A stretch of 64,000 bases of DNA from Planctomycetota bacterium. GTDB taxonomy: Bacteria > Planctomycetota > UBA11346. The notes beneath the pieces were generated by a model. That model saw only the letters and a program-made list of their open reading frames with translations, was not told the DNA's origin and did not search any database. Made by a program: the position numbers and the translations under genes. The DNA lies in assembly GCA_038231435.1 (NCBI GenBank), contig JBBRLJ010000029.1, positions 1-64,000 of the forward strand. The letters are read 5' to 3'. Shown here one piece after another: positions 49,474-57,473 of this stretch. The stretch's first letter is position 1. Each line of letters starts with the position of its first letter.

Positions 49474-50601
49474 TCACTTCGACTTGGGTGCGCCCTTGCC
49501 GCTCGCCGGATCCTTGGCATCCGCCGCGGCCGCGTCGTGCGAGACCATGACCGTGCGCGAATACGTGGTGGTGCCGCCCAGGCTGGAGAAGGTGGGGCCG
49601 GTGGCGGAGACGCGCAGGCGCACCGCCTGGTCGGACAGGTCGATCGGACCGAGCGACCATTTCGCGGCGGGGACGAGCTTGCCCGACTGGTATCCCGGCT
49701 GGCCCGAGATGCCGTACTCCCAGGTAAGAGCGGTGAGCGCGGCGATCGGCAGCGCGGTGCCTCCGATCTTGGCGCTCGGCGACGACGTGACCCAGCTCGG
49801 GCCGGCGATGGGCTTGGCGAAATCGACGATCGCCTTGTTCGCCGTGCCGCGCTTCTGCGCGATCATCCACTCGAACAGCGGCGGCGTCTCGTAGGCGACG
49901 TGCCAGATGCCATGCCCCCCGGTTGCGTAGCGCGTGTAGATGGGATCGCCGCCGAGCTTGCGCAGCTCTTCCATCGGCGCGTCGGAGCCGGCGACACCCA
50001 CGACGTTATCGTCCGCGGCGTGGAAGCACCACAGCGGCATGTCCTTGTATTTCTCGTAACCGCCGCAACCGCCGCCCGATTGCGGGATCGCGCAGGCCAG
50101 CAGCTCGGGGTGATGGGCGAGCATCGCGAAGGTGCCGAAGCCGCCGCCAGAAATGCCGGTGAGGTAGATGCGATCGGCATCGATGGGATTCTTGGCGATC
50201 AGCTCGGTGATGATCGCCGCTAGCTGCGTCGTGCGCTTCGGATCCGTCCAGGCGACCTCGACGGTGGTCTGCGGGGCGATGAAGAAGCACTTCTGCTTGT
50301 CCTGATTCTTCTTGGAGAGGAATTCCCAGCTGCCCTGGCACTCGCCCGCGAGCTGGGCGTGATTGTCGGTACCACGCTCGCCGTGGCCATGGAGGAAGAT
50401 GATGAGCGGATACTTCACCTTCGCCTGGAGGCCGGGCGGAGCGTAGAAGCGGTACGGCGTGGTGAGCCCGTCCGCCTGGTAGCTGATCGGCTTGAAATCG
50501 TTCTCGCTGACCGCCGCGGCCTCGGTGCCCAAGGCGAGCAGGAGGAAGGCAGCGAAGGCGATACTGGCGGTGATGGCAGGTCGGATCATGAGGGGCTCCA
50601 T
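49474..50601 (-). CDS. Secreted alpha/beta-hydrolase (predicted esterase/peptidase)
   Basis: Signal peptide; KYPLIIFLHGHGERG, IDADRIYLTGISGGG, FHAADD, GH. Confidence 0.85.
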   Translation of the reverse strand: MEPLMIRPAITASIAFAAFLLLALGTEAAAVSENDFKPISYQADGLTTPYRFYAPPGLQAKVKYPLIIFLHGHGERGTDNHAQLAGECQGSWEFLSKKNQDKQKCFFIAPQTTVEVAWTDPKRTTQLAAIITELIAKNPIDADRIYLTGISGGGFGTFAMLAHHPELLACAIPQSGGGCGGYEKYKDMPLWCFHAADDNVVGVAGSDAPMEELRKLGGDPIYTRYATGGHGIWHVAYETPPLFEWMIAQKRGTANKAIVDFAKPIAGPSWVTSSPSAKIGGTALPIAALTALTWEYGISGQPGYQSGKLVPAAKWSLGPIDLSDQAVRLRVSATGPTFSSLGGTTTYSRTVMVSHDAAAADAKDPASGKGAPKSK

Positions 50602-50825
50602 GAGCTGGACGGACAGGGATCCGGGGACGTCGACAGCAGATTACCTGGATACGGTCGCTGTCACACCTCGTTCGGTGAAATATATCCCATTTCCTTTCGC
50701 AAGCGTGAAGCCCCCCCTCGTGGACACATGCCCGGCCGTTAGCCACCCTCCCCTGCCGGGGATGGCTTCTGTCCAGGGTTGTGGCCGTGGCCTTGCGGCG
50801 CGGCGGAAACAGGCACAACCGGGCA

Positions 50826-52478
50826 ATGCTCATTGGCGCCGCCTGGTATCCTGAATATCACCCCGAAGCGCAGTGGGACCGCGACCTGTCGCTCATGGCC
50901 GCGGCTGGGATCACCACCGTGCGCTTCGCCGAGTTCGCCTGGTCGCAGATGGAGCCCGAGCCCGGGCGCTTCGACACCGATTGGATGGCCCGCGCATTGG
51001 ACGCATTCCAGCGTCACCGCATCCAGGCGGTGATCGGCACCCCGACCGCCACGCCGCCAGCGTGGTTGGCCGAGAGCGATCCAACCACCCTGCCGGTGGA
51101 CGACACCGGCCGCCGCACCGGATTCGGCACCCGCCAGCACCGCTGCTACAACGCTCCAGCGTACCGCGAGCGCACCCGCCTGATCGTCGAGCATCTCGCC
51201 CGGCGGTTCGGCAGGCATCCCGCCTTGGTCGCGTGGCAGATCGACAACGAGATCGGCGGCGAACTCAAGGCCTGCTACTGCGACATCTGCGGCGCGGCAT
51301 TCCAGCGCTGGTTGTCAGGGCGGTACGCCGACATCACCGACCTCAACCGCCGCTGGGGTACCCAGTTCTGGTCGCAGACCTACCTGCGCTTCGACCAGAT
51401 CCCGATCCCGCGCAAGACCGCGATGCAGCTGATGGTGAAGCACAATCCCAGCCTGATGCTCGAATGGATGCGCTTTCAATCGCAAGTCATGGTCGGCTAT
51501 TGCCACGAGCAGGCCGCGGCGCTGCGCGCGTCCACGCCCGCCGCCATCCCCATCCTCACCAACTACGACGCCTTCGAGTGGGGCGAGAACATCGACCTGC
51601 GGCACATGTTCTCTGGGCTCGATCTCGCTGGGCTCGATCTGTACAGCCAGAAGGACCACGAGATCGCCTTCTACTGCGATTTCATGCACGACGTGAAGCA
51701 GCAGCCATTCTGGTTCATGGAGTACGGCACCGGCAGCCCGAAGCTTGCCACCGAGCTCGACGCCATCGCCGGGAGCGGCCACGTCGATCGCCTGCTGTTC
51801 TTCAAGTTCCGTCCCTTCCCCTGGGGCCAGGAGCAGGGCACGCGCGAGCTCCTCACCATCATGGGCACGCCCGGGCCGAACTACCACGCCATCAAGGAGT
51901 GGACGGCTAGGCATGCCGCTCCATCCACTCATCACATCGCGGCCGGCACGGAGACGTCGCGACCGGCGCGGCGCCGCGTGGGCGTGGTCTACGATTTCGA
52001 CAGCTCGTGGTCGCGCTTCCTCACCGGCTGGAGCGGCGTGCCGCAGGATCTCACCTACCCGCGCGGGCTCATCGACCCGGTCTACAAGTCACTCCACGAC
52101 CAGGGCGAACGCGCGCGCTTCGTGCTGCGTCCGGAAGATCTGCGCGATATCGAACTGCTGCTGCTACCGTGGACGGTCATCCACGACCCCGCGCTCGAGG
52201 ACGCGGTGGCTCGCCATGTCGCCGGCGGCGGATCGCTGCTGATGACCCAGGACGTGTTCTTGAAGAACCGCGACAACGTCTTCAACGAGACCCTGCCGCG
52301 GCTCTACCGCGAGTTGCTCGGCTGCGGCGCCGACTTCCTCGACCACGAACCCGCGGGCGCCCATGCCCTGGTGCGCGAGACCCGTGCTGGCGCGGCGCGA
52401 ATCGTGGTCCTCGGCGTGAAGGCCGACCTGGGAGACTGGACGCATTGGGTGCGCGAATTGCTGAGAAAGCGCGTGTAA
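50826..52478 (+). CDS. Beta-galactosidase, GH42 family (short form)
   Basis: AWYPE, EFAWS, GTPTATPPAW, WQIDNE acid/base, CYCxxC, WGTQFWS, WFME nucleophile. Confidence 0.9.
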   Translation: MLIGAAWYPEYHPEAQWDRDLSLMAAAGITTVRFAEFAWSQMEPEPGRFDTDWMARALDAFQRHRIQAVIGTPTATPPAWLAESDPTTLPVDDTGRRTGFGTRQHRCYNAPAYRERTRLIVEHLARRFGRHPALVAWQIDNEIGGELKACYCDICGAAFQRWLSGRYADITDLNRRWGTQFWSQTYLRFDQIPIPRKTAMQLMVKHNPSLMLEWMRFQSQVMVGYCHEQAAALRASTPAAIPILTNYDAFEWGENIDLRHMFSGLDLAGLDLYSQKDHEIAFYCDFMHDVKQQPFWFMEYGTGSPKLATELDAIAGSGHVDRLLFFKFRPFPWGQEQGTRELLTIMGTPGPNYHAIKEWTARHAAPSTHHIAAGTETSRPARRRVGVVYDFDSSWSRFLTGWSGVPQDLTYPRGLIDPVYKSLHDQGERARFVLRPEDLRDIELLLLPWTVIHDPALEDAVARHVAGGGSLLMTQDVFLKNRDNVFNETLPRLYRELLGCGADFLDHEPAGAHALVRETRAGAARIVVLGVKADLGDWTHWVRELLRKRV

Positions 52479-52542
52479 GCTTGCCACGACGGCGTTGCGC
52501 GCGCGCCGCGCTGGCTACCATGGCCGTAGCCAGGAGCTCCAC

Positions 52543-53514
52543 ATGCGTCTCGCCGCCCTCGTCCTGATCCTCACCGCCTTCGCCATCGGCGCGCAAGCCG
52601 CCGTGCCCGAGGTCGGTTCCACCGCGCCGGAATTCGGCGGCACGAAATTCTACAACAGCACCGCGCCCGGACCGGTGACCCTGGCCGGACTGCGCGGCAA
52701 GGTGGTGCTCATCGATTTCTGGGCGACCTGGTGCGGACCCTGCGTGGCGGCGATCCCCCACGTCAGCGAGCTCTACGAGAAGTACAAGGATAAGGGCCTG
52801 GTGGTGATCGGGCACACCGACGGATCGAGCCAGAACCTCGAGCAGTTCATCAAGGACAAGCCGATCCACTACATCGTCAGCGTCGGCGAGAACATCGGCG
52901 ACGTCTACGGCGTCACCGGCATCCCCCACGTCTACATCATCGATCCGGACGGCAAGGTCGCGTGGCACGGCCACCCGGCCTCGCTCGACGAGAAGGTGGT
53001 CTCGGACCTGCTCAAGAACGTGCGGCTGTCGGCGTCTCCCGCGCCAGCGTTCGCGACTCCGTCCAAGGTCGCCAAGGTCGCCAAGCTCGAGGAGTCGATC
53101 GCGCTCGGCAAGGTCGGCGCTGGCGTCAAGGCGCTCGAGAAGCTCGTCGCCGACAAGGACCCCTCCGCCGCCGAGGCCGCGAAGACCAGCCTCGAGACCA
53201 TCTCCGTGTGGAAGACCGCGCTCGATGCCGACATCACCAAGATGCGCGAGAAGGGCGATGTCTTCGGCGCCGCCGAACTGGCCGCATCTGCCGCCACCAG
53301 CTACGCCGGCAGCGACGCGGCGAAGAGCTACCAGGATCTCGCCGCCGAGCTGAAGAAGGACCCCGGCTACACCGTCGGCAAGGAGTTCCAGAAGCTCGCG
53401 TCAAACCCGGCCGAGGCGCGCAAGGACCCGCGCTTCGCCAAGGCCGTCCAGGCCTTCGAGAAGAAGCATCCCGATGGCTATTACGGCGATCAGGCGAAGG
53501 AACTCGTCAAGTAG
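52543..53514 (+). CDS. Secreted TlpA-family thioredoxin with C-terminal helical domain
   Basis: RBS AGGAG; LRGKVVLIDFWATWCGPC; GIP..YIIDPDGK. Confidence 0.9.
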   Translation: MRLAALVLILTAFAIGAQAAVPEVGSTAPEFGGTKFYNSTAPGPVTLAGLRGKVVLIDFWATWCGPCVAAIPHVSELYEKYKDKGLVVIGHTDGSSQNLEQFIKDKPIHYIVSVGENIGDVYGVTGIPHVYIIDPDGKVAWHGHPASLDEKVVSDLLKNVRLSASPAPAFATPSKVAKVAKLEESIALGKVGAGVKALEKLVADKDPSAAEAAKTSLETISVWKTALDADITKMREKGDVFGAAELAASAATSYAGSDAAKSYQDLAAELKKDPGYTVGKEFQKLASNPAEARKDPRFAKAVQAFEKKHPDGYYGDQAKELVK

Positions 53515-54106
53515 CGGAGTCAGTTGGCCGGGTTCCGGACAGCGCTGGGACCTCGACGTGGCTCCGCCAGCGCCGCACCAGCCAGGCAGCCAGCCCGGCA
53601 CCGAGGGTCGCGCATGCGATCAGCCATTCGTGTCGGCCGAAGTCCGTCCACGCGCGCGCGAGCGCGGAACCGGCCGCGAAGCCGCCGAGTACGAACGCCA
53701 GCGTCCACGCGGCGATGCCCGCGAGATCGAGGGCGAGGAAACGCCACGCGCCGATCGCGCTCATACCGAACGCGATCGGTGTCACGGTGCTGGTTCCTGG
53801 GATGAACTGGAATCCCGCCGCCAGCCATGCCTGGTGCCGCTCGACCATCCGCAGGGCCGCGCCTACCCGCGGCTGCAATCGTGGAAATCGCGCCAGCAAC
53901 CGCCGGCCGCAGCAACGGCCGAGAACGAAGCAGACCTGATCGCTGGCCAAGACCCCCATCGCGCCGCACGCGAGCACCACGCGCAGATCGAGGTAGCCTT
54001 CCTGCGCCGCGAGGCCGCCGAGGACCAGCACCGCTTCGCCCTCGAAGAACGTTCCCAGCACGATCGCCGCGTAGCCGTAGTGGTGCACCAGTGACGGATA
54101 ATCCAT
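53507..54106 (-). CDS. DedA-family membrane protein
   Basis: YGYAAIVLGTFFEGE, SDQVCFVLGR, FIPG. Confidence 0.9.
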   Translation of the reverse strand: MDYPSLVHHYGYAAIVLGTFFEGEAVLVLGGLAAQEGYLDLRVVLACGAMGVLASDQVCFVLGRCCGRRLLARFPRLQPRVGAALRMVERHQAWLAAGFQFIPGTSTVTPIAFGMSAIGAWRFLALDLAGIAAWTLAFVLGGFAAGSALARAWTDFGRHEWLIACATLGAGLAAWLVRRWRSHVEVPALSGTRPTDSAT

Positions 54107-54174
54107 CGCTCAGACAATCTCTTCCACATGCGAACTCATTGGCTGTGGAAAATCCATGCACGATTCATGGTCGG

Positions 54175-55248
54175 TCATGGGCGATGGCTCTCCTCGATCG
54201 CCTCGTCCTTGGAGATGAGGCTCAGGACCCGGTGCACGTAGTCGGTGACCGGCGGGCACGCAGGCAGCTCGGCCCCGAGGATCCCGTCGAGCCGATCACG
54301 CGCATAGACAACGTCGGCGTTCAGGAACGGGACGTAGAAGTCCATCGCCTCCCTGACCTGCGCCTTGAGTTTGGTGAGCCTGCCGCTGGTCGGCCACGGA
54401 CCGGCCCCGTGCAAGCGGATCTGGTCGACGAACAGGTCTCGCCGCGCGAGCGCCGCGACCACCTCGCCGCAGGTGGCTGATGCCGATGGTCCGGCGGAAA
54501 CGTGCAGCACCCGATGCCGTGGGGTCGGCCTCATCGCGAGCCGCGCGATCGATCCCGCCACAAATCCGACGGTGACCAGATCGAGCCGCGAATGCGCGTC
54601 GATGGGCACGTCCCCCAGCATCGCCATCGCAGGGATGACCCACAGCAGGCTGCGCGCCATGCGCTTGTCGTTGATGCCTTGGCCGATGACGATGCTGGGG
54701 CGCAGGATCAGCACGTCGAGATCGGTCGCCGCCACGTAGAGGGCCTCCGCGGCGCGCTTGGATTCGATGTAGCCGTTGGTGAAACCGTCGAACGGATCGT
54801 CCTCGCGCACCGTGCCTCCGGCGTGCGGGATGCGCACTGACGCGGTGCTGACATAGATCACCCGCGGCGCGTGATGCATGGAGCGCGCCAACGCGATCAC
54901 CCGGCGAGCCGAGAGCAGGTTGTCGCTCCACCCCGGCTCGTCATCCTTGAAGGCGGTGCTGCCCGAACAGTGGACGATGTCCGTGACCCCGGCCAGCTCC
55001 CCCCGGTCGAGACCCAAGGAGGGCCTGGTGGTATCGCCGAGGCAGGTCCGGATGGCCTCGGGATCGACCGATGGCGGTGCCACGTTCTTCGCCAAGCGCT
55101 CCATCAGGCGATGCCGCGCCGGTTCGAGCGCGTCACCGCGCACCAACGCCCGCACCGAAGCGCCCCGCCCGACCAGTTCCGGGATCAGGCTGCCGCCGAT
55201 GATGCCGGTGCCTCCGGTGACCAGGATGGTGCGACGGCCGTGGCCCAT
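54175..55248 (-). CDS. Extended SDR, fatty-acyl/thioester reductase (male-sterility/R-domain-like)
   Basis: LVTGGTGIIG, GD...PSLGL, IVHC, YVSTA, NGYIESKRAAE, RPSIV. Confidence 0.82.
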   Translation of the reverse strand: MGHGRRTILVTGGTGIIGGSLIPELVGRGASVRALVRGDALEPARHRLMERLAKNVAPPSVDPEAIRTCLGDTTRPSLGLDRGELAGVTDIVHCSGSTAFKDDEPGWSDNLLSARRVIALARSMHHAPRVIYVSTASVRIPHAGGTVREDDPFDGFTNGYIESKRAAEALYVAATDLDVLILRPSIVIGQGINDKRMARSLLWVIPAMAMLGDVPIDAHSRLDLVTVGFVAGSIARLAMRPTPRHRVLHVSAGPSASATCGEVVAALARRDLFVDQIRLHGAGPWPTSGRLTKLKAQVREAMDFYVPFLNADVVYARDRLDGILGAELPACPPVTDYVHRVLSLISKDEAIEESHRP

Positions 55249-55408
55249 GCGCGCATCCGACCGTGCTGCATGCGCGACGCAAGTCCGTCACGCGAGCATG
55301 GTCAGGCCGACTCGCGAGGTGACGTCGGAGCGGGCGGAAACTTTCGTACGCTCCGGGCAAAATCTCGTCTTTCCCCGCCGCGATGGCGCCTGACGATGTC
55401 ACCAGACC

Positions 55409-55672
55409 ATGGAAAAGACCACCTCAGGCAATGGCTCACTCGAAGGCCGCGTGATCGCGAGCATCGCTTCGGTCCTGGGGAAGGATCCCGCGGAACTCTC
55501 GCCCGACCAGCGCCTGGTAGAGGATCTGAAGGTCGACTCGGTGGACAAGTTCAGCATCCTCATGGGCCTCGAGAAGGATTTCGATCGCGAGATCCCCGAC
55601 CAGGATCTCGCGTCCTTCGCCACCATCGCTGACATCCTCGCCTACGTCGGGAAGCTGACCGAGCATGGGTGA
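55409..55672 (+). CDS. Acyl carrier protein
   Basis: 87 aa, acidic; LVEDLKVDSVD phosphopantetheine Ser; LEKDF..EIPD. Confidence 0.9.
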   Translation: MEKTTSGNGSLEGRVIASIASVLGKDPAELSPDQRLVEDLKVDSVDKFSILMGLEKDFDREIPDQDLASFATIADILAYVGKLTEHG

Positions 55673-57065
55673 TTCCGGCCGTGTATCGGCACGGGGTCGA
55701 CGCGTGGTGATCACCGGCCTCGGCGTGTGCAGTCCCTTCGGCATCGGACGCGAGATCTTCTGGCGCGGATGCCTCGCCGGCCGGCGGGTGATCGCCCCCA
55801 TCCCCTCGGCATGGAGCCGCTACGCCGCGCACCGCTCTCGCCACTGGGCGCCGTTGCCTCCGTATGACCCCGCCGCCCATGGCATCTCGCCGGGCGAGGC
55901 GATGCGCCTCGATCCCGCATCGATGCTCTGCCTGATCGCAGCCGACGAGGCCATCGCGGACGCCGGGCTCCGGCTCGAACCCACCGCTCGCAAGCACGCG
56001 AGCAGCTTCGTCGGGATACCGCCCGCGCGGGCGGGTTGTGTGATCGGCAACGGCGCGGGCGGGATCTCGTCGCTGCTCATGAACCACCTCAGCCATCTGC
56101 ACGAACACCGCAAGGAGCCGCTCAAGCGCATGGCGGCCGAGGGCGCCACCGTGCTCGCCGGACCGCGCGCCGAGTCGGTTCTCGGGGATGTGGTGGCCGA
56201 CATCGGCACGGTACCGCGCTTCAACCCCTTCGTCGTCACCATGCAGATGCCGAACGCGAGCGCGGCGCAGCTGGGCCTGAGGTATTCACTCCAGGCGTCT
56301 ACTACCACGCTGAGCATGGCCTGCGCCTCGGGAACCATTGCGATCGGCCACGCCTACCGTGCGGTCGCTGGCGGATACATGGATCTGGCGCTGGCCGGAG
56401 GCACCGAGTCGCTGGCCGATCCCTCTGGCAGCGTCTTCCGTGCATTCGACACCGTGCGTACGCTGACCTGCATCGCCGATCCCGATGCTCCGGGCGGCGG
56501 TCCCTTCGACCGCGATCGCAATGGCTTCCTCTTCGCCGAGGGCGGCAGCGCGGTGCTGACCATCGAGAGCCTTGAACATGCACGCGCCCGTGGCGCGCGC
56601 GTGCTCGCCGAGATCGTAGGCTTCCAGGAGGCAAGCGACGCCCACAGCATCATGGCCTCCGATCCGGGCGGCGGCATCGTCGAGGCGATGGTCCGCCGCA
56701 CCCTCGAGGACGCCGCGCTGGACCCTAGCCGCATCGATTACATCAATGCCCACGGCACCGGAACCACCGCCAGCGATGAGATGGAATCGGCGGTCATCGA
56801 ACGCACCTTCCCGCATCGGCCCTTCGTCAATTCGACCAAGTCGCTGATCGGCCACACCATCGGTGCTAGCGGCGCGATCGAAGCCGCGGTCGCCTGCCTC
56901 GGCCTCGAGCGGCAGCGCCTCCACCCCAGCGCCAACCTGGTAGCCCCGGTGCGAGACCTGAATTTCGTCACCGACGACCGCGAGCGTCGCATCCGCACCG
57001 CGCTGTCGCTGTCCTTCGCGTTCGGAGGCCACAGCGCGGCATTGCTGCTGGCGGCGGCTCCCTGA
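55665..57065 (+). CDS. FabF-like beta-ketoacyl-ACP synthase with an internal insertion
   Basis: RRVVITGLG, MACASG catalytic Cys, PFDRDRNGF..AEG, INAHGTGT, KSLIGHTIGASG, SFAFGG. Confidence 0.92.
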   Translation: MGDSGRVSARGRRVVITGLGVCSPFGIGREIFWRGCLAGRRVIAPIPSAWSRYAAHRSRHWAPLPPYDPAAHGISPGEAMRLDPASMLCLIAADEAIADAGLRLEPTARKHASSFVGIPPARAGCVIGNGAGGISSLLMNHLSHLHEHRKEPLKRMAAEGATVLAGPRAESVLGDVVADIGTVPRFNPFVVTMQMPNASAAQLGLRYSLQASTTTLSMACASGTIAIGHAYRAVAGGYMDLALAGGTESLADPSGSVFRAFDTVRTLTCIADPDAPGGGPFDRDRNGFLFAEGGSAVLTIESLEHARARGARVLAEIVGFQEASDAHSIMASDPGGGIVEAMVRRTLEDAALDPSRIDYINAHGTGTTASDEMESAVIERTFPHRPFVNSTKSLIGHTIGASGAIEAAVACLGLERQRLHPSANLVAPVRDLNFVTDDRERRIRTALSLSFAFGGHSAALLLAAAP

Positions 57066-57153
57066 CATCGCCGACAACACGGCGCGGAATTCCCATGGCT
57101 GGATCCGCCACGGATGGATACCATGCGCCGATCACCCAGACCCAGGAGTTCCC

Positions 57154-57252
57154 ATGTCCAAAGAGAAGACCACCAAGCGCGAAGGCAAGAAGGCCCCGGC
57201 CTCGACCATGAAAGAGAAGCGCGCCGCGAAGGCGGCGAAGCGCTCCAAGTAA
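57154..57252 (+). CDS. 32-aa Lys/Arg-rich small protein MSKEKTTKREGKKAPASTMKEKRAAKAAKRSK
   Basis: AGGAG 5 nt before ATG; GC3-biased codons; TAA stop; downstream terminator; below the ORF-track length cutoff. Confidence 0.75.
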   Translation: MSKEKTTKREGKKAPASTMKEKRAAKAAKRSK

Positions 57253-57299
57253 TCCCCGCGCTCATCGACTTTCCCCGCGCCCAGAGGCGTGGAACGACC

Positions 57300-57330
57300 A
57301 AGCCCACCGCATCCGCGGTGGGCTTTCTCG
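57300..57330 (+). terminator. Intrinsic terminator-like hairpin
   Basis: AAGCCCACCGC-ATCC-GCGGTGGGCTT perfect 11-bp stem followed by TCTC. Confidence 0.7.
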
Positions 57331-57473
57331 TGTTGAGAACGCCTTGCTCCAGTGATCGGCCGCCTGGAGTCGGGACGAGCGGCATAGGCCACCCTGGGCA
57401 GCTCTGACGTCAGGGAAACCAGCGGTATCCAACGATTTCAGCGGACGTAGGCGGATACCCACAGTCGAAAGCG

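Noticed and set aside
43287..49520. Long minus-strand ORFs 43287-45041, 46484-48238 and 48159-49520
   Set aside because: Antisense to well-supported FecR, GH16 and serine hydrolase genes; Arg/Ala/Gly-rich with no recognisable domains
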